Source: an uncultured Alphaproteobacteria bacterium (GTDB lineage Bacteria; Pseudomonadota; Alphaproteobacteria; HIMB59). Taken from it: 64,000 nucleotides of DNA. Both the position numbers and the translations under genes were made by a program. Shown here piece by piece: positions 37,942 through 50,836 of the stretch. Numbering within the stretch: position 1 is the stretch's first letter; every line of letters begins with the position of its first letter. The notes beneath the pieces were generated by a model. That model ran no database searches and had not been told where the DNA came from. It was given only the letters and a program-made list of their open reading frames with translations. Where the stretch lies: positions 58,777 to 122,776 of the forward strand of contig CABYRL010000002.1 of the NCBI GenBank assembly GCA_902521465.1, in the 5' to 3' direction.

Positions 37942-39116
37942 TGTCAGAGAATTTTAAACCTGTAACTCTAAACTTTGGACCCCAACATCCTGCCGCTCAT
38001 GGAGTTTTAAGACTTCTTGTACAATTAGAAGGGGAGGTAGTTAATAAAGCTGAACCCCACATTGGACTTTTGCATAGAGGAACTGAAAAATTAATTGAAC
38101 AGAAAACTTATACTCAAGCTATTCCATATTTTGATCGTCTAGATTATGTCTCACCAATGTGTCAAGAACATGCTTTCGCTTTAGCTGTTGAGAATTTATT
38201 AAATATTGAAGCTCCTAAACGAGCTCAATACATCAGAGTTATGTTTGCAGAAGTTACTAGGATACTAAATCATTTATTAAATATTCCAGCGTTTGCTATG
38301 GATATAGGTGCTGCTACTCCAATGCTGTGGGCTTTCGAAGAAAGAGAAAAAATGTTGGAGTTCCATGAAGCTGTATCTGGTGCCAGATTTCATGCAGCTT
38401 ATTTTCGACCTGGTGGAGTTCACCAAGACTTGCCTGAAAATTTGTTAGAAAAAATGAAAAAGTACTTTACTAACTTTCCTAAATTTATAGATACGCTTGA
38501 AGAACTACTTACTGAAAATAGAATATTCAAACAACGATCTGTTGATATAGGTATTTTAAAGAAAGATGATGCAATAAGACTAAGTTGCAGTGGCCCTGTT
38601 CTTCGTGCTAGTGGTGTAGCTTGGGATTTAAGAAAATCTCAACCTTATGATGTTTATGAGGATTTAGATTTCGACATACCAGTTGGAAAAACCGGTGACA
38701 CCTATGATAGATATTTGGTGAGAATGGAGGAGATGAGAGAGTCAGTTAAGATAATCTTACAATGTATTGAAAATATTCCAGAAGGACCCGTAATGGTTGA
38801 GAATAATAAAATTACTCCACCTAAAAGATCAGAAATGAAAAACTCAATGGAAGCTATTATTCATCATTTTAAATTATTTACCGAGGGTTATAGAGTTCCT
38901 GAGGGTATTACATACAAAAGCGTAGAGGCACCAAAAGGAGAATTTGGTGTTGTATTAGTTTCAGATGGAAGTTCCAAACCATATCGATGCAAGTTGAGAG
39001 CGCCGGGCTTTGTCCATTTACAGGCATTACATTTTTTATCAAAGGGCCACCAACTAGCTGACGTACCATCAATCTTAGGAAGTTTAGATATAGTATTTGG
39101 AGAGGTAGACAGATGA
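37941..39116 (+). CDS. nuoD: NADH-quinone oxidoreductase subunit D
   Basis: [37 protein letters not shown]. Confidence 0.98.
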   Translation: MSENFKPVTLNFGPQHPAAHGVLRLLVQLEGEVVNKAEPHIGLLHRGTEKLIEQKTYTQAIPYFDRLDYVSPMCQEHAFALAVENLLNIEAPKRAQYIRVMFAEVTRILNHLLNIPAFAMDIGAATPMLWAFEEREKMLEFHEAVSGARFHAAYFRPGGVHQDLPENLLEKMKKYFTNFPKFIDTLEELLTENRIFKQRSVDIGILKKDDAIRLSCSGPVLRASGVAWDLRKSQPYDVYEDLDFDIPVGKTGDTYDRYLVRMEEMRESVKIILQCIENIPEGPVMVENNKITPPKRSEMKNSMEAIIHHFKLFTEGYRVPEGITYKSVEAPKGEFGVVLVSDGSSKPYRCKLRAPGFVHLQALHFLSKGHQLADVPSILGSLDIVFGEVDR

Positions 39117-39700
39117 GTGGTAATCATCCAGGTTTATCAAATAATTTTTCTAGATCGGGCGAAAAATTTTCTTGGTCTAAAGATAATCTAAGATCAATTA
39201 AAAATATAATTTCTAAATATCCTAAAGGCAGAGAACAAAGCGCAGTTATGCCTCTTCTCTATTTGGCTCAAGAGCAAAACAATAATTGGATAAGTATCGA
39301 ATGTATAGAAACAATCGCTGAAACTTTAAATATGCCTAAAATAAGAGTCACAGAAGTGGCTTCATTTTATTCAATGTATAATACAAGACCTGTTGGAGAA
39401 AATCTTGTTCAGATTTGTAGAACCTCTCCTTGTTGGCTTAGAGGTTCAAATAAGATTACGAAAACTATTTGTAAAGAAACAAAATGTGAAATTAATGATA
39501 CTAGTGACGATAATAAATTTACAGTTGTTGAAGTAGAGTGTCTAGGTGCTTGTTCAAATGGACCTATGATACAAATCAATAATGATTTCTATGAGGATTT
39601 AGATGAAGAGTCTACAAAAAAAATTATAGACAATATTAAAGAGGGAAAACCAAATGTTATTGGCTCTCAAAAAGGCAGGAGAAGTTCAGAAAATGCTTAA
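39113..39700 (+). CDS. nuoE: NADH-quinone oxidoreductase subunit E
   Basis: SAVMPLL.LAQ, VASFYSM, CRTSPC, ECLGAC.NGP. Confidence 0.97.
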   Translation: MSGNHPGLSNNFSRSGEKFSWSKDNLRSIKNIISKYPKGREQSAVMPLLYLAQEQNNNWISIECIETIAETLNMPKIRVTEVASFYSMYNTRPVGENLVQICRTSPCWLRGSNKITKTICKETKCEINDTSDDNKFTVVEVECLGACSNGPMIQINNDFYEDLDEESTKKIIDNIKEGKPNVIGSQKGRRSSENA

Positions 39701-40964
39701 TGAAAAAGATAAAGTTTTTCAAAACCTTCATGGTTTTCAAGAACCCTTCATAGAAGGAGCTTTAAAAAGAGGCTCCTGGTCAAACACAAAAGAAATTTTG
39801 TCTAAAGATCAAAATGATATTATCGAATTAGTTAAATCCAGTCAGTTAAGAGGAAGAGGTGGAGCTGGATTTTCTACAGGTCTTAAATGGTCATTCATGC
39901 CAAAGAACACTGGTAAACAGCATTATTTGGTTGTCAATGCTGATGAGTCAGAACCTGGTACTTGCAAAGATAGAGAAATTATTAGAAATGACCCACATAC
40001 TCTTGTAGAAGGGTGCTTGATAGCTTCATACGCAATTCAAGCCACTAAATGTTACATATACATTAGGGGCGAATACCACCACGAATATGTCCAATTAGAA
40101 AAGGCAATTGAAGAGGCATATGAACGAGGCTTTATCGGAAAAAATGCTTGTGGTAGCGGATTTGATTTTGATCTTTATGTTCACAGGGGTGCTGGAGCTT
40201 ACATATGTGGAGAAGAGACAGCTCTTTTAGAGAGTTTAGAAGGAAAAAAAGGACAACCAAGATTAAAACCTCCTTTTCCTGCTGGTGTAGGTTTGTATGG
40301 TATGCCAACAACTATTAACAATGTTGAGTCAATAGCAGTAGTTCCAACTATTTTAAGAAGAGGCCCAGATTGGTTTAAGTCAATTGGCGCTGAAAATAAT
40401 ACAGGTACAAAAATTTTTTGCATATCTGGTAACGTTAATAAGCCATGCACAATAGAAGAGGAAATGGGAATACCACTTAAAGAATTAGTAGAAAAGCATT
40501 GTGATGGAGTTGAGGGAGGATGGGATAATTTAAAGGCGATAGTACCAGGAGGTTCTAGTACCCCAATGCTTCCAAAAAATATTTGTGAGTCAGTTCTAAT
40601 GAATTTTGATGATCTAAAAGCTAATGGCTCAGGTTTAGGTACCGCAGGAGTGATTGTTGTTAACAAGAATAATGATATTGCTGAAGTGATTGAGAGATTT
40701 GCTCACTTTTACAAACACGAAAGTTGTGGTCAATGTACACCTTGTAGAGAAGGAACAGGCTGGATGCATAGAATGATGCAGAGATTAGTTAGAGGAGAGA
40801 TATCTCCTGAACAAATAGAGCTTTTAGAAAATGTTACAAAGCAAGTAGAGGGTCATACTATCTGCGCTTTAGGAGATGCAGCAGCTTGGCCTATACAAGG
40901 ACTCATTAAAAATTTTAAATCAGAGTTAATAAGTAAATATAATAAAAAGTTAAAAGCATCATGA
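39693..40964 (+). CDS. nuoF: NADH-quinone oxidoreductase subunit F (ATG 39693 preferred)
   Basis: [47 protein letters not shown]; AGGAG upstream. Confidence 0.98.
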   Translation: MLNEKDKVFQNLHGFQEPFIEGALKRGSWSNTKEILSKDQNDIIELVKSSQLRGRGGAGFSTGLKWSFMPKNTGKQHYLVVNADESEPGTCKDREIIRNDPHTLVEGCLIASYAIQATKCYIYIRGEYHHEYVQLEKAIEEAYERGFIGKNACGSGFDFDLYVHRGAGAYICGEETALLESLEGKKGQPRLKPPFPAGVGLYGMPTTINNVESIAVVPTILRRGPDWFKSIGAENNTGTKIFCISGNVNKPCTIEEEMGIPLKELVEKHCDGVEGGWDNLKAIVPGGSSTPMLPKNICESVLMNFDDLKANGSGLGTAGVIVVNKNNDIAEVIERFAHFYKHESCGQCTPCREGTGWMHRMMQRLVRGEISPEQIELLENVTKQVEGHTICALGDAAAWPIQGLIKNFKSELISKYNKKLKAS

Positions 40965-42994
40965 GTGACGATCTAATAAATATTAAAGTTAATCAAAAAG
41001 AAATTCAGGTAGATAAAAATCTGACTGTGATGCAAGCCTGTGAAATCGCTGGTGAAGAAATTCCAAGATTTTGCTATCACGACAAACTCTCTATAGCTGG
41101 TAACTGTAGAATGTGTTTAGTAGAAATAGAAAAAGCTCCAAAATTAGTATCTTCCTGCACTATGCCTCTAATGGAGGGCATGTCGATAATCACCAATTCT
41201 GAAAAAGTAAATGCAGGTAGAAAAGGTGTAATGGAGTTTTTATTAATTAATCACCCCTTAGATTGCCCAATATGTGATCAAGGTGGAGAATGCGATTTAC
41301 AGGATCAGGCCATGTACTACGGTTTCGACAAATCCAGATATAAAGAAAATAAAAGGGCTGTAGATAATAAAAATATGGGTCCTCTGGTAAACACTATAAT
41401 GACTAGATGTATCCATTGCACTAGGTGTGTAAGATTTGCCACTGAAGTAGCCGGAGTCCCAGAATTAGGTATGTTAGGTAGGGGCGAGAATGCAGAAATT
41501 ACCACTTACCTTGAACAATCAATCACTTCAGAGCTTTCAGGAAATGTAATTGATTTATGCCCTGTAGGAGCACTTACGAGTAAGCCATATCAATTTAAAG
41601 CACGTCCTTGGGAGCTAAAACGTACTGACTCAATCGATATTTTCGATAGTGTTGGTTCTAATATCAGAGTCGATAGTAGAGCGGAGGAGATTTTAAGAGT
41701 TACACCAAGAACAAATGAATACATAAATGAAGAGTGGATATCAGATAAAGTTCGATTTAACTATGATGGTTACTACCAACAAAGAATAGACACACCCTAC
41801 ATTAAAGAAAACCAAAAATTATCAATATCAAATTGGGAAGAGTCATTAAAAGTTTTAAAAGATAAATTAAAAACTCTAAAACCATTAGCTTTGATTGGTG
41901 AGCACGTAGATTTAGAAACCGGATATGCAATCAAAAAATTTATGTCTAATTATGGTAAAGACAATGTGGAGTGCCGAACTGATAATCATGCTATCCTAGA
42001 AAGCTTAGATAGTTATCGTTTTAACACACCTTTAAACGATATAGAAAATTCAGATTTAATTATACTTTTAGGAACAAACCCAAAAATAGAAACACCAATT
42101 ATAAATCATAAGATATTTAAAGCTTACAATAATGACTCAAAAGTATTTAACATAGGTGAAAATATATCTTTGAACTATAAAACAGAGTATCTAGGAGAGA
42201 GTTTATCAAGTTTAAATAATGAAAATCTAATCAAAGCATTAAAAAAATCTACAAATCCTCTTATAATTATTGGCTCTGCGTTTTTAAATAAAATTAAAAA
42301 TATTAAAACTTTAAAATCAATTTTTTCATATGCTGATAAATACAAAGTTATTACAAAAGAAAAAAATAATCTAAATTTTTTAATTCCATATGCCTCACGT
42401 GTGGGCCAATTGATTATAGGCAATACTACTAATAAACTTTGTGAGCCGTTTTCTAATTTAAAAAAAGATAATTTTGAATTGGTTCTTTCTTTTGGTTCAG
42501 AACATATTGCCAACGAGCAATTCAATAACTGTTTTAAAGTTTATTTTGGCCATCATGGTGATGATGGAGCGATGGGGTCTGATATTGTTTTGCCAACCCC
42601 TCTTTATACAGAGAAAAATGGTACTTTTGTAAATATTGAAGGCAGACCTCAAGAAGCAAAAAAATGCCATAATCCAATTGGATCCGCCAAAGAGGAGTGG
42701 TCTATACTAAAAAAATTATCTGATGAATTATCTTTTGATTTTATCCCAAATACTTTTGAACAATTAAGATCTGAGTTATTTGACAAACACCCAATTCTGT
42801 CTGATTATCATGAAATTATTGCTGTTGAAAATTCAACTTCAATTACACCAGATATTGAATTTGAAGATTGTAAGGCAGAATATCCTATAAGTAATTTTTA
42901 TATGTCAGATGTGATTTCAAAAAATTCGGTCACTATGGCTAAATGTGTTGAGGAAATAACCTCAACTCCATCTCTTTTGGAGAAATCAGCATAA
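40961..42994 (+). CDS. nuoG: NADH-quinone oxidoreductase subunit G
   Basis: [45 protein letters not shown]. Confidence 0.98.
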   Translation: MSDDLINIKVNQKEIQVDKNLTVMQACEIAGEEIPRFCYHDKLSIAGNCRMCLVEIEKAPKLVSSCTMPLMEGMSIITNSEKVNAGRKGVMEFLLINHPLDCPICDQGGECDLQDQAMYYGFDKSRYKENKRAVDNKNMGPLVNTIMTRCIHCTRCVRFATEVAGVPELGMLGRGENAEITTYLEQSITSELSGNVIDLCPVGALTSKPYQFKARPWELKRTDSIDIFDSVGSNIRVDSRAEEILRVTPRTNEYINEEWISDKVRFNYDGYYQQRIDTPYIKENQKLSISNWEESLKVLKDKLKTLKPLALIGEHVDLETGYAIKKFMSNYGKDNVECRTDNHAILESLDSYRFNTPLNDIENSDLIILLGTNPKIETPIINHKIFKAYNNDSKVFNIGENISLNYKTEYLGESLSSLNNENLIKALKKSTNPLIIIGSAFLNKIKNIKTLKSIFSYADKYKVITKEKNNLNFLIPYASRVGQLIIGNTTNKLCEPFSNLKKDNFELVLSFGSEHIANEQFNNCFKVYFGHHGDDGAMGSDIVLPTPLYTEKNGTFVNIEGRPQEAKKCHNPIGSAKEEWSILKKLSDELSFDFIPNTFEQLRSELFDKHPILSDYHEIIAVENSTSITPDIEFEDCKAEYPISNFYMSDVISKNSVTMAKCVEEITSTPSLLEKSA

Positions 42995-43992
42995 TGACAA
43001 GTTTATCTATTGAGTTAACAATTGGTATTTTAAAAATATTTAGTTTCGTTGTCCCTGTACTAGTTTCTGTTGCATTATTAGTTTACTTAGAAAGAAAAGT
43101 GCTTGGTGCTGTTCAATTAAGAAAAGGCCCTAACGTTGTTGGACCATTCGGAATACTACAGAGTTTTGCTGATGTCTTAAAATTACTCACTAAGGAGAAT
43201 TTACTTCCATCTAGCTCAAACAAGTTCCTCTTTATCTTTGCGCCTATGCTTACTTTAATATTAAGTTTAATAGCTTGGGCTGTTATCCCAATTAGCTCTA
43301 CTTATGTTATAGCAAATATAAATATAGGTATTTTATATTTGTTCGCTGTGTCATCGTTTGGTGTTTATGGGGTCATTATTGCTGGTTGGGCCAGTAATTC
43401 TAAGTATCCATTTTTAGGGGCGTTGAGATCAGCAGCTCAGATGATTTCTTATGAAGTGTCAATAGGTTTTGTAATCATAACAGTCTTAATTTGTGTCGGC
43501 TCATTAAATTTAATTGATATTGTAGAGAGTCAAAAGAATATGTGGTTTGCCATACCACTGTTACCTATGTTTGTTATATTTATAATTTCAGCATTGGCTG
43601 AAACAAATAGACTCCCATTTGATTTGCCTGAAGATGAAGCCACATTAGTTGCAGGTTTTTTTACCGAATACTCATCAATATCATTTGGCTTATTTTTTTT
43701 AGCAGAATACGCAAATATGATTTTAATGAGTTCCTTAACTGTAATTCTATTTTTAGGTGGTTGGTACCCACCAATAGATATATTCCCTTTAAACGCAATA
43801 CCTGGAATATTCTGGTTTGTAATTAAAGTATTTTTAATTCTTTTCGTGTTTTTATGGGTCAGAGCAACTTTTCCAAGATATAGATATGATCAACTTATGC
43901 GACTTGGTTGGAAAATCTTTCTACCTTTTACTTTGGTTTGGGTAGTTATTACATCAGCATTTTTATTTTACTTTGGACTATTACCTAACTAA
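42994..43992 (+). CDS. nuoH: NADH-quinone oxidoreductase subunit H
   Basis: ERKV...[39 protein letters not shown]. Confidence 0.98.
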   Translation: MTSLSIELTIGILKIFSFVVPVLVSVALLVYLERKVLGAVQLRKGPNVVGPFGILQSFADVLKLLTKENLLPSSSNKFLFIFAPMLTLILSLIAWAVIPISSTYVIANINIGILYLFAVSSFGVYGVIIAGWASNSKYPFLGALRSAAQMISYEVSIGFVIITVLICVGSLNLIDIVESQKNMWFAIPLLPMFVIFIISALAETNRLPFDLPEDEATLVAGFFTEYSSISFGLFFLAEYANMILMSSLTVILFLGGWYPPIDIFPLNAIPGIFWFVIKVFLILFVFLWVRATFPRYRYDQLMRLGWKIFLPFTLVWVVITSAFLFYFGLLPN

Positions 43993-43994
43993 CA

Positions 43995-44483
43995 ATGACA
44001 ACACTAATTAAATACATTAAATCCTTTACCCTTTTCGAATTAATGAAAGGTTTAAAATTAACGATAACTTATTTTTTTAAGCCAAAAGTCACTCTTAATT
44101 ACCCTAATCAAAAAGGTCCTATTAGTCCTCGCTTCAGGGGAGAACATGCTTTGAGGAGATATCCAAATGGTGAGGAAAGATGTATTGCATGTAAGTTATG
44201 TGAAGCAGTTTGCCCTGCTCAAGCAATAACTATTGAAGCAGAACCAAAACCTGACGGAAGTAGAAGAACTACCCGATATGACATTGATATGACTAAGTGT
44301 ATTTATTGTGGTTTATGCGAAGAGGCGTGCCCAGTAGATGCAATTGTTGAAGGACCCAATTTTGAATACGCAACTGAAACAAGAGAAGAGTTACTTTATG
44401 ACAAGGAAAAGCTTTTACGAAACGGAGATATTTGGGAAAAACAAATTAGCGAAAATTTAAAAAGGGACAGTAAATATAGATAA
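43995..44483 (+). CDS. nuoI: NADH-quinone oxidoreductase subunit I
   Basis: [24 protein letters not shown]. Confidence 0.98.
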   Translation: MTTLIKYIKSFTLFELMKGLKLTITYFFKPKVTLNYPNQKGPISPRFRGEHALRRYPNGEERCIACKLCEAVCPAQAITIEAEPKPDGSRRTTRYDIDMTKCIYCGLCEEACPVDAIVEGPNFEYATETREELLYDKEKLLRNGDIWEKQISENLKRDSKYR

Positions 44484-45082
44484 TGTTCCTTGTTGGCTCT
44501 TTTTTTTTGTTTGCAGCATTTTTGATCACCACATGTATATTTGTAATATTTTCAAAAAACCCAGTTAACTCTGTACTTTTTCTTGTACTTGCGTTTCTAA
44601 ATTCTACTTTTCTATTTATTCTTATCGGCGCAGAGTTCGTTGGTATTATTCTTGCGATTGTTTATATAGGAGCAGTAGCTATACTATTTCTTTTTGTTGT
44701 GATGATGCTTGATATTCAAATCACAACTTTAATGTTTAATATAAAAAGATATATACCCCTTGCATTACTTTTTGCTGGTATAATTTTAGCTGAAATAATT
44801 TATTTAACTGTATTTAAAACTTCAAAAGATAATTTAGACACCTTCATTAGGTCTAAAAATAATACTGAGCAAATTGGAGATGTGCTTTACACAGAGTATT
44901 TTATTGATTTTCAGTTAAGTGGTATCGTTTTGTTACTTGCTATGATTGGTGCAATTGTTCTAACACATGTGTATAGACCAACCATTAAAAGACAAAACAT
45001 AGAAAGTCAAAACTCAACTACAGCTGAAGATAGAGTAAAACTAGTAAAAATTAAGTCTGGTGAAGGTATTAAAGATGACTAG
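44483..45082 (+). CDS. nuoJ: NADH-quinone oxidoreductase subunit J
   Basis: NPVNS, VYIGAVAILFLFVVMML, LLLAMIGAI. Confidence 0.96.
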   Translation: MFLVGSFFLFAAFLITTCIFVIFSKNPVNSVLFLVLAFLNSTFLFILIGAEFVGIILAIVYIGAVAILFLFVVMMLDIQITTLMFNIKRYIPLALLFAGIILAEIIYLTVFKTSKDNLDTFIRSKNNTEQIGDVLYTEYFIDFQLSGIVLLLAMIGAIVLTHVYRPTIKRQNIESQNSTTAEDRVKLVKIKSGEGIKDD

Positions 45083-45386
45083 CCTTACGTATAATCACTT
45101 CTTCATACTTTCTCTAATTGTTTTTATTATTGGATGCTTTGGATTATTTTTAAACAGAAGAAATATGATCCTAATTTTAATGTGTATTGAAATTATATTA
45201 TTGGCTGCAAATATTAATTTTGTATCAGCTTCGGTTTTCCTAAATGATATTAATGGTCAGGTATTCTCCATTTTTATTTTAACTATTGCCGCTGCAGAAG
45301 CAGCCATTGGTTTAGCTATATTGGTTATTTATTTCAGAAATAAGGGAGAGATTGACATTACTCAAATCAATCAACTAAAAGATTAA
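45075..45386 (+). CDS. nuoK: NADH-quinone oxidoreductase subunit K (ATG 45075 preferred)
   Basis: LNRRN, IEIILLA, AAAEAAIGLA. Confidence 0.96.
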   Translation: MTSLTYNHFFILSLIVFIIGCFGLFLNRRNMILILMCIEIILLAANINFVSASVFLNDINGQVFSIFILTIAAAEAAIGLAILVIYFRNKGEIDITQINQLKD

Positions 45387-47302
45387 TGTTAAGTTATAAA
45401 TTACTTTTTTTTCTTCCTCTAATTTCAACCATTTTTACATATCCTTTTGGAGTGTTATTAGGTGAAAAAACTGCCCAATATTTCTCTTCTACTCTAATAT
45501 CTATAGCAGCTATTTTAAGTTGGTTCTTATTTATCAGTTTTTCAAGCTCTTCATCGTCTGAAATTATAATTCCTGTCCTCGAGTGGTTTTTTGTTTCTGG
45601 TCAGTTCTTTAATTGGGGAATTTCTGTTAATTCTCTTACTCTTTTGATGTTAACACTTGTTCTCACAGTTTCTGCATTGGTTCATATTTATTCAATTGAG
45701 TACATGTCTCATGATAACTCAAAAGTAAGGTTCATGACTTATTTGAGTCTATTTACCTTTTGTATGGTTGCATTAGTTGTAAGTGATAATTTAATTCAGT
45801 TATTTTTTGGATGGGAGGGTGTTGGTCTAGCCTCTTATTTATTGATAGGTTTCTGGCATCATAAGAAGTCTGCAAATTTAGCTGCAATGAAAGCTTTTTT
45901 AGTAAATAGAGTTGCAGATTTTGGATTTCTCATCGGTATTGCAACTCTCTATATATTTTTAGACACATTATCAATTAATGAAATAATTGCGGGGAAAGAG
46001 AAATTATTAAGCTATCAAATTAATTTTTTAGGATTTGAAATTAATGCTTTAATTTTTTCTTGTTTTTTCCTTTTCATAGGTGCTATGGGAAAATCCGCCC
46101 AGTTTGGCTTTCATACATGGTTACCTGACGCTATGGAGGGACCTACACCTGTCTCAGCATTAATTCATGCAGCAACAATGGTAACAGCTGGTGTTTTCTT
46201 GACTGTAAGATTTTCAGAATTAATGGTCATGTCTGACTTTATTATGACTTTTGTTTTAATAATAGGTCTATTAACAGCATTCTTTGCTGCATCAGTGGGC
46301 TTTTTTCAAAAAGATATAAAAAAGGTGATAGCTTATTCAACTTGTAGTCAGTTGGGTTTCATGTTTGTGGCTTGTGGTTTAGGCGCATTTAATATTGCAA
46401 TTTTTCATTTAATAACACATGGTTATTTTAAGGCATTACTCTTTTTATCTTCAGGATCTGTTATTCATGGTGTTCATGATGAGCAAGATATGGATAAAAT
46501 GGGAAATCTTTTTTCAAAGATGAAAATCACCGCAGTAATGATGTGGATAGGTACATTAGCTATTATAGGTTTTCCATATTCATCAGGTTACTTTTCAAAA
46601 GATCTAATTTTAAGTTCATCATTTAACTTAATTAGTTTAGGCCCATTGGTTTATGTAATTTTGGCTATAGTCTCTGCCATGACCGCATTTTACTCGTTCA
46701 GGCTCATATTTAAGGTGTTTCATGGGAACTATAATGGATCTTATGATTATGAAAAAATTCATGAATCCGGTCCTTTTATGTTAGTTCCATTATTATTACT
46801 TTCCGTAGGTGCAATTCTAGCAGGCTTCTTTCTAAACGATTTATTAGCGGGATATAATTCAAAAAATTTCTGGAACGGAATAATATTTTTGAGTCAAGAT
46901 AAGCAGTATTATTCCTCTTTTTATCCAATTTTATCAAAATCATTGGTAGCTTTTGGTATAGGGCTGGCAGTTTATTATTATGGTTATAATTTAAATAAAC
47001 TTGCTGACTTAAAAAAACGGTTTTACTCAATCTATAATTTTATTTTGAACAAATGGTATTTTGATGAACTTTATAATAAAATTTTTGTTTTACCACTTTA
47101 CAATTTAGGCAAGTTTTTATGGACTAAAATAGACCAAGGTATAATTGATAAGTATTTACCAAATGGAAGTGCCTCGATAGTTTCTACAATTTCAAAAGCT
47201 TTTAAAAGGATACAAACAGGGTATATATTCGATTACACTTTTATAATAATTTCTGGTTTCACACTCTTTATAACTATCATTTTTTATATATCCATAACCT
47301 AA
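45386..47302 (+). CDS. nuoL: NADH-quinone oxidoreductase subunit L
   Basis: FFGWEGVGLASY, KSAQ, WLPDAMEGPTPVSALIHAATMV, YSTCSQLG. Confidence 0.98.
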   Translation: MLSYKLLFFLPLISTIFTYPFGVLLGEKTAQYFSSTLISIAAILSWFLFISFSSSSSSEIIIPVLEWFFVSGQFFNWGISVNSLTLLMLTLVLTVSALVHIYSIEYMSHDNSKVRFMTYLSLFTFCMVALVVSDNLIQLFFGWEGVGLASYLLIGFWHHKKSANLAAMKAFLVNRVADFGFLIGIATLYIFLDTLSINEIIAGKEKLLSYQINFLGFEINALIFSCFFLFIGAMGKSAQFGFHTWLPDAMEGPTPVSALIHAATMVTAGVFLTVRFSELMVMSDFIMTFVLIIGLLTAFFAASVGFFQKDIKKVIAYSTCSQLGFMFVACGLGAFNIAIFHLITHGYFKALLFLSSGSVIHGVHDEQDMDKMGNLFSKMKITAVMMWIGTLAIIGFPYSSGYFSKDLILSSSFNLISLGPLVYVILAIVSAMTAFYSFRLIFKVFHGNYNGSYDYEKIHESGPFMLVPLLLLSVGAILAGFFLNDLLAGYNSKNFWNGIIFLSQDKQYYSSFYPILSKSLVAFGIGLAVYYYGYNLNKLADLKKRFYSIYNFILNKWYFDELYNKIFVLPLYNLGKFLWTKIDQGIIDKYLPNGSASIVSTISKAFKRIQTGYIFDYTFIIISGFTLFITIIFYISIT

Positions 47303-47303
47303 G

Positions 47304-48758
47304 ATGAGTTTCCCAATATTATCACTGTTAATCCTAACGCCTATTATAGGAGCATTAACACTCTCACTTTCAAGTAGCACGCAACTCAAAAACAAAACTA
47401 TTTTTCTATCAGGTTTATGGATAACAACAGGTGAATTTCTTCTTAGTTTGTTATTGCCATTTTTTTATGATAAATCCAAAAATGGTTATCAATTTATTGA
47501 GTTTCATACTTGGTTTGATAAGTTTGATATTAATTACTATGTCGGAGTTGATGGTGTTTCAATACCGCTTATATTACTGACTACCTTCTTAGTCCCTATT
47601 TGTTTATTGTGCTCTATTAACTCTATTCAAAATAGAGCCAAAGAATTTGTTATTTATTTTTTATTGCTTGAGAGTTTTATTATAGGAGTATTTGTTAGTA
47701 TTGATATTGTAATTTTTTACGTTTTCTTTGAAGCTGTTTTAATTCCGATGTTTTTGATTATTGGAATTTGGGGAGGAGAAAATAGACTTTATGCTACTTT
47801 CAAATTCTTTCTCTACACACTAGCAGGATCTGTTTTAATGTTACTTGCGATTATTTATATTATTTCTAAAGTGAAATCAGGCAATATTGAGTTAATTTCG
47901 GACTTTACATTTGATCAGCAAATAGAGTTGGTTCTCTTTTTATGTTTTTTTGCATCTTTTGCAGTAAAAGTACCGATGTTTCCTTTTCATACATGGTTAC
48001 CTGATGCACACGTTCAAGCGCCCACGAGTGGTTCAGTAATTTTAGCTGGTGTGCTTCTTAAATTAGGCGCATACGGTTTTATAAGACTATCCTTACCTTT
48101 TTTTGAGTATGCCTCACTTTATTTTCAACCAATGATATTTGCACTAAGTTGTGTAGCTATTGTTTACACATCAATCGTAGCTCTAAGACAACTAGATATG
48201 AAAAAAATGATTGCCTATTCCTCTGTTGCTCATATGGGATTTGTCACCATTGGCATTTTCACTTTAACTCAAGATGGAATTAATGGTGCGTATTTTCAGA
48301 TGATAAGTCATGGAATTGTTTCTGCAGCATTATTTTTAATAGTTGGTGTGGTATACGAAAGACATCACACCAGAATGATATCTGATTATAGTGGTGTAAC
48401 AAATGTAATGCCCAAATATTCATTCTTTTTTATGGTTTTTATGCTCTCATCTGTGGGTCTTCCTGGAACTAGTGGTTTTGTTGGGGAGTTCTTAGTTATA
48501 ATGTCAACTATAAGTGTTAGTGTTTATCTTACTTTTTTTACCGCTATTGGAGTAATCTTAGGAGCTTCATACATGCTCTTATTGTACAAAAATATTAATT
48601 TCGGAGATTTAAAATCAGATATTAAGCAATTAGCTGATTTAACAAATATTGAAATTTTCTACTTCTCATGTTTAGCATTTCTCACAATGCTTTTAGGGAT
48701 TTATCCAAAACTTTTATTTGAAATGATAAATAAGAGTATTTCCTTAAGCATTATATAA
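47304..48758 (+). CDS. nuoM: NADH-quinone oxidoreductase subunit M
   Basis: GVDGVS, KVPMFPFHTWLPDAH, LLKLG.YG, AYSSVAHMG. Confidence 0.98.
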   Translation: MSFPILSLLILTPIIGALTLSLSSSTQLKNKTIFLSGLWITTGEFLLSLLLPFFYDKSKNGYQFIEFHTWFDKFDINYYVGVDGVSIPLILLTTFLVPICLLCSINSIQNRAKEFVIYFLLLESFIIGVFVSIDIVIFYVFFEAVLIPMFLIIGIWGGENRLYATFKFFLYTLAGSVLMLLAIIYIISKVKSGNIELISDFTFDQQIELVLFLCFFASFAVKVPMFPFHTWLPDAHVQAPTSGSVILAGVLLKLGAYGFIRLSLPFFEYASLYFQPMIFALSCVAIVYTSIVALRQLDMKKMIAYSSVAHMGFVTIGIFTLTQDGINGAYFQMISHGIVSAALFLIVGVVYERHHTRMISDYSGVTNVMPKYSFFFMVFMLSSVGLPGTSGFVGEFLVIMSTISVSVYLTFFTAIGVILGASYMLLLYKNINFGDLKSDIKQLADLTNIEIFYFSCLAFLTMLLGIYPKLLFEMINKSISLSII

Positions 48759-50146
48759 TGATTAATTTATTTCAATTCATACCAGAAATTTTTATCTTAT
48801 CTTTGATTTTAATAACTTTATGTTTTGGATTATTTAATAAGGACAGGGCTATATCTTTAAATACTTTAGGTTTCATTTTGTTGAGTATTTTGCTTTTAAA
48901 TTATGGAAAAGATTTTTATAGCTCCACACAAATATCACTTAATACGATTAACTTATTTGTTTTATCTAAGATTATTTTATCTATTGGCTCAATCGTATTC
49001 ATTTTACTGTTAAAAAGACCCTTGAAGAATGAAAATTTATACAGATACGAATATGTGTTATTTTTACTGTTTGCTATTCTTGGCTCATTTGTTCTAATTT
49101 CTAGTAATAATTTTTTAACAGCTTTTATTGGTTTAGAGTTACAATCTTTATCCTTGTACTTGATGGCTGCTTTCAATACTAAAAATTTATCTTCAAATGA
49201 AGCTGGTATAAAATATTTTTCTCTTGGTGCTTTATCATCAGGATTTCTTTTATTTGGTATTTCAATGATTTATTACGATACTGGGTCTTTTAATATACAA
49301 AACCTAGATAATTTCACTGCAATAAGCGAAATAGGATTATCATTAGTTCTTATTTCTTTATTTTTTAAAGTTTCCGCTGCTCCATTTCATATTTGGACAC
49401 CTGATGTGTACGAAGGATCTCCAACTATATCTACACTCTTTTTTGCAACTTTACCTAAATTTGCATCATTAATATTTTTATTCAGAGTTTATCAAGAACT
49501 TAACATTTCTGATATCAAATCTCTTAATTACATTTTTCAAATGGTATGTGCTATTTCATTATTAGTAGGAGTATATGGAGCCATTACACAAAAAGTTATA
49601 AAAAGACTTCTAGCCTTCAGCTCTATCAACCACATTGGTTTTATGCTTCTCGGAATAATGAGTTATCAATTTATGTCTGAGGGTACATTATTTTTTTACT
49701 TAATTATTTATCTGATTACTACGTTTGGTATTTTTGCTGTTTTACTGAACTTGAGAACTGTAGATGGGGAATTTACCAAAATATCCCAACTCAAAGGTTT
49801 AAGATTTACCTCAAATTCAAAATCCATAAGTATGTTGGTGTTTTTCTTTTCTCTCGCGGGAATACCACCTTTTGCAGGGTTCTTCGCAAAGTTCTTCATT
49901 CTTTCAGCTTCTATAAATGATGGTTTTATTTTATTATCAATTATTGCTGTTTTAAGTTCAGTAATTGCCGCATTCTATTACTTAACAATTATTAAGAATA
50001 TGTTTTTCAATAAATCAGAAATAGAGTTACTAGATGATAATAACAAAACAGGCAAAGTTATATTTATATCATCTGGATTAATTATAACTTTATTTTTCAT
50101 CTATCCAGACCCTTTAATTAATTTAGTAGATAATCTTTTTAAATAA
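48758..50146 (+). CDS. nuoN: NADH-quinone oxidoreductase subunit N
   Basis: LELQSL, EAGIKYF, FK...APFH.WTPDVYEG, AGIPPFAGF. Confidence 0.97.
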   Translation: MINLFQFIPEIFILSLILITLCFGLFNKDRAISLNTLGFILLSILLLNYGKDFYSSTQISLNTINLFVLSKIILSIGSIVFILLLKRPLKNENLYRYEYVLFLLFAILGSFVLISSNNFLTAFIGLELQSLSLYLMAAFNTKNLSSNEAGIKYFSLGALSSGFLLFGISMIYYDTGSFNIQNLDNFTAISEIGLSLVLISLFFKVSAAPFHIWTPDVYEGSPTISTLFFATLPKFASLIFLFRVYQELNISDIKSLNYIFQMVCAISLLVGVYGAITQKVIKRLLAFSSINHIGFMLLGIMSYQFMSEGTLFFYLIIYLITTFGIFAVLLNLRTVDGEFTKISQLKGLRFTSNSKSISMLVFFFSLAGIPPFAGFFAKFFILSASINDGFILLSIIAVLSSVIAAFYYLTIIKNMFFNKSEIELLDDNNKTGKVIFISSGLIITLFFIYPDPLINLVDNLFK

Positions 50147-50149
50147 AAA

Positions 50150-50836
50150 TTGTATAAAGTTATCTTTGACTCAATTAATTCAACACAAGATGAAATTATT
50201 GGCTTTAATAATTATAAAAAAATTTTAAAAAATAATAATTTATATATCCAATCTTTTAGGCAAATTAAAGGTACTGGAAGAGGTAAAAAAAAATGGTTAA
50301 GCCCTATAGGTAATATTTATTTAACAATTAATCAAAAATTAAAAGCCTCACATGCTTTAAGAAATAACTTTTATATTTGTTACATAATCCACAAATTTTT
50401 TAAAATTAATTTTAATATTAACCTAAACTACAAATGGCCAAATGATTTATATTATAAAAATAAAAAAATAGTTGGTGTTGTTGTCAAATCAACCATCTTA
50501 GGTAAAAAATCATATCTAAAAACGGGTATAGGAATAAATATAAACAATTCTCCAATAGTAGACTCAGTTTCTCTATTTAGCATTATCAATGAAAAGTCAA
50601 ATATCCTCGATTTATCAAATATAATTATTGATATTATTGAACATAATTTAACAAAAAAAATATCTAATAAGAAATTAGTGAGATATCTTAATCATTATAT
50701 GCTAAGGGACTATAAATTAAATCATCCAATTTTTGGAAAAAATATTATTGAAATATTATCAGTAAATGAAGATTTATCTTTAAAGATCAAAATAGATGAC
50801 ACAACTAAAAATATCTTCTTTGGAGAACTAGTTTGA
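50150..50836 (+). CDS. birA: Biotin--protein ligase (no HTH)
   Basis: STQ, Q..GTGRG...WLSP.GN, KWPND, GIGIN; usual position after nuoN. Confidence 0.88.
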   Translation: MYKVIFDSINSTQDEIIGFNNYKKILKNNNLYIQSFRQIKGTGRGKKKWLSPIGNIYLTINQKLKASHALRNNFYICYIIHKFFKINFNINLNYKWPNDLYYKNKKIVGVVVKSTILGKKSYLKTGIGININNSPIVDSVSLFSIINEKSNILDLSNIIIDIIEHNLTKKISNKKLVRYLNHYMLRDYKLNHPIFGKNIIEILSVNEDLSLKIKIDDTTKNIFFGELV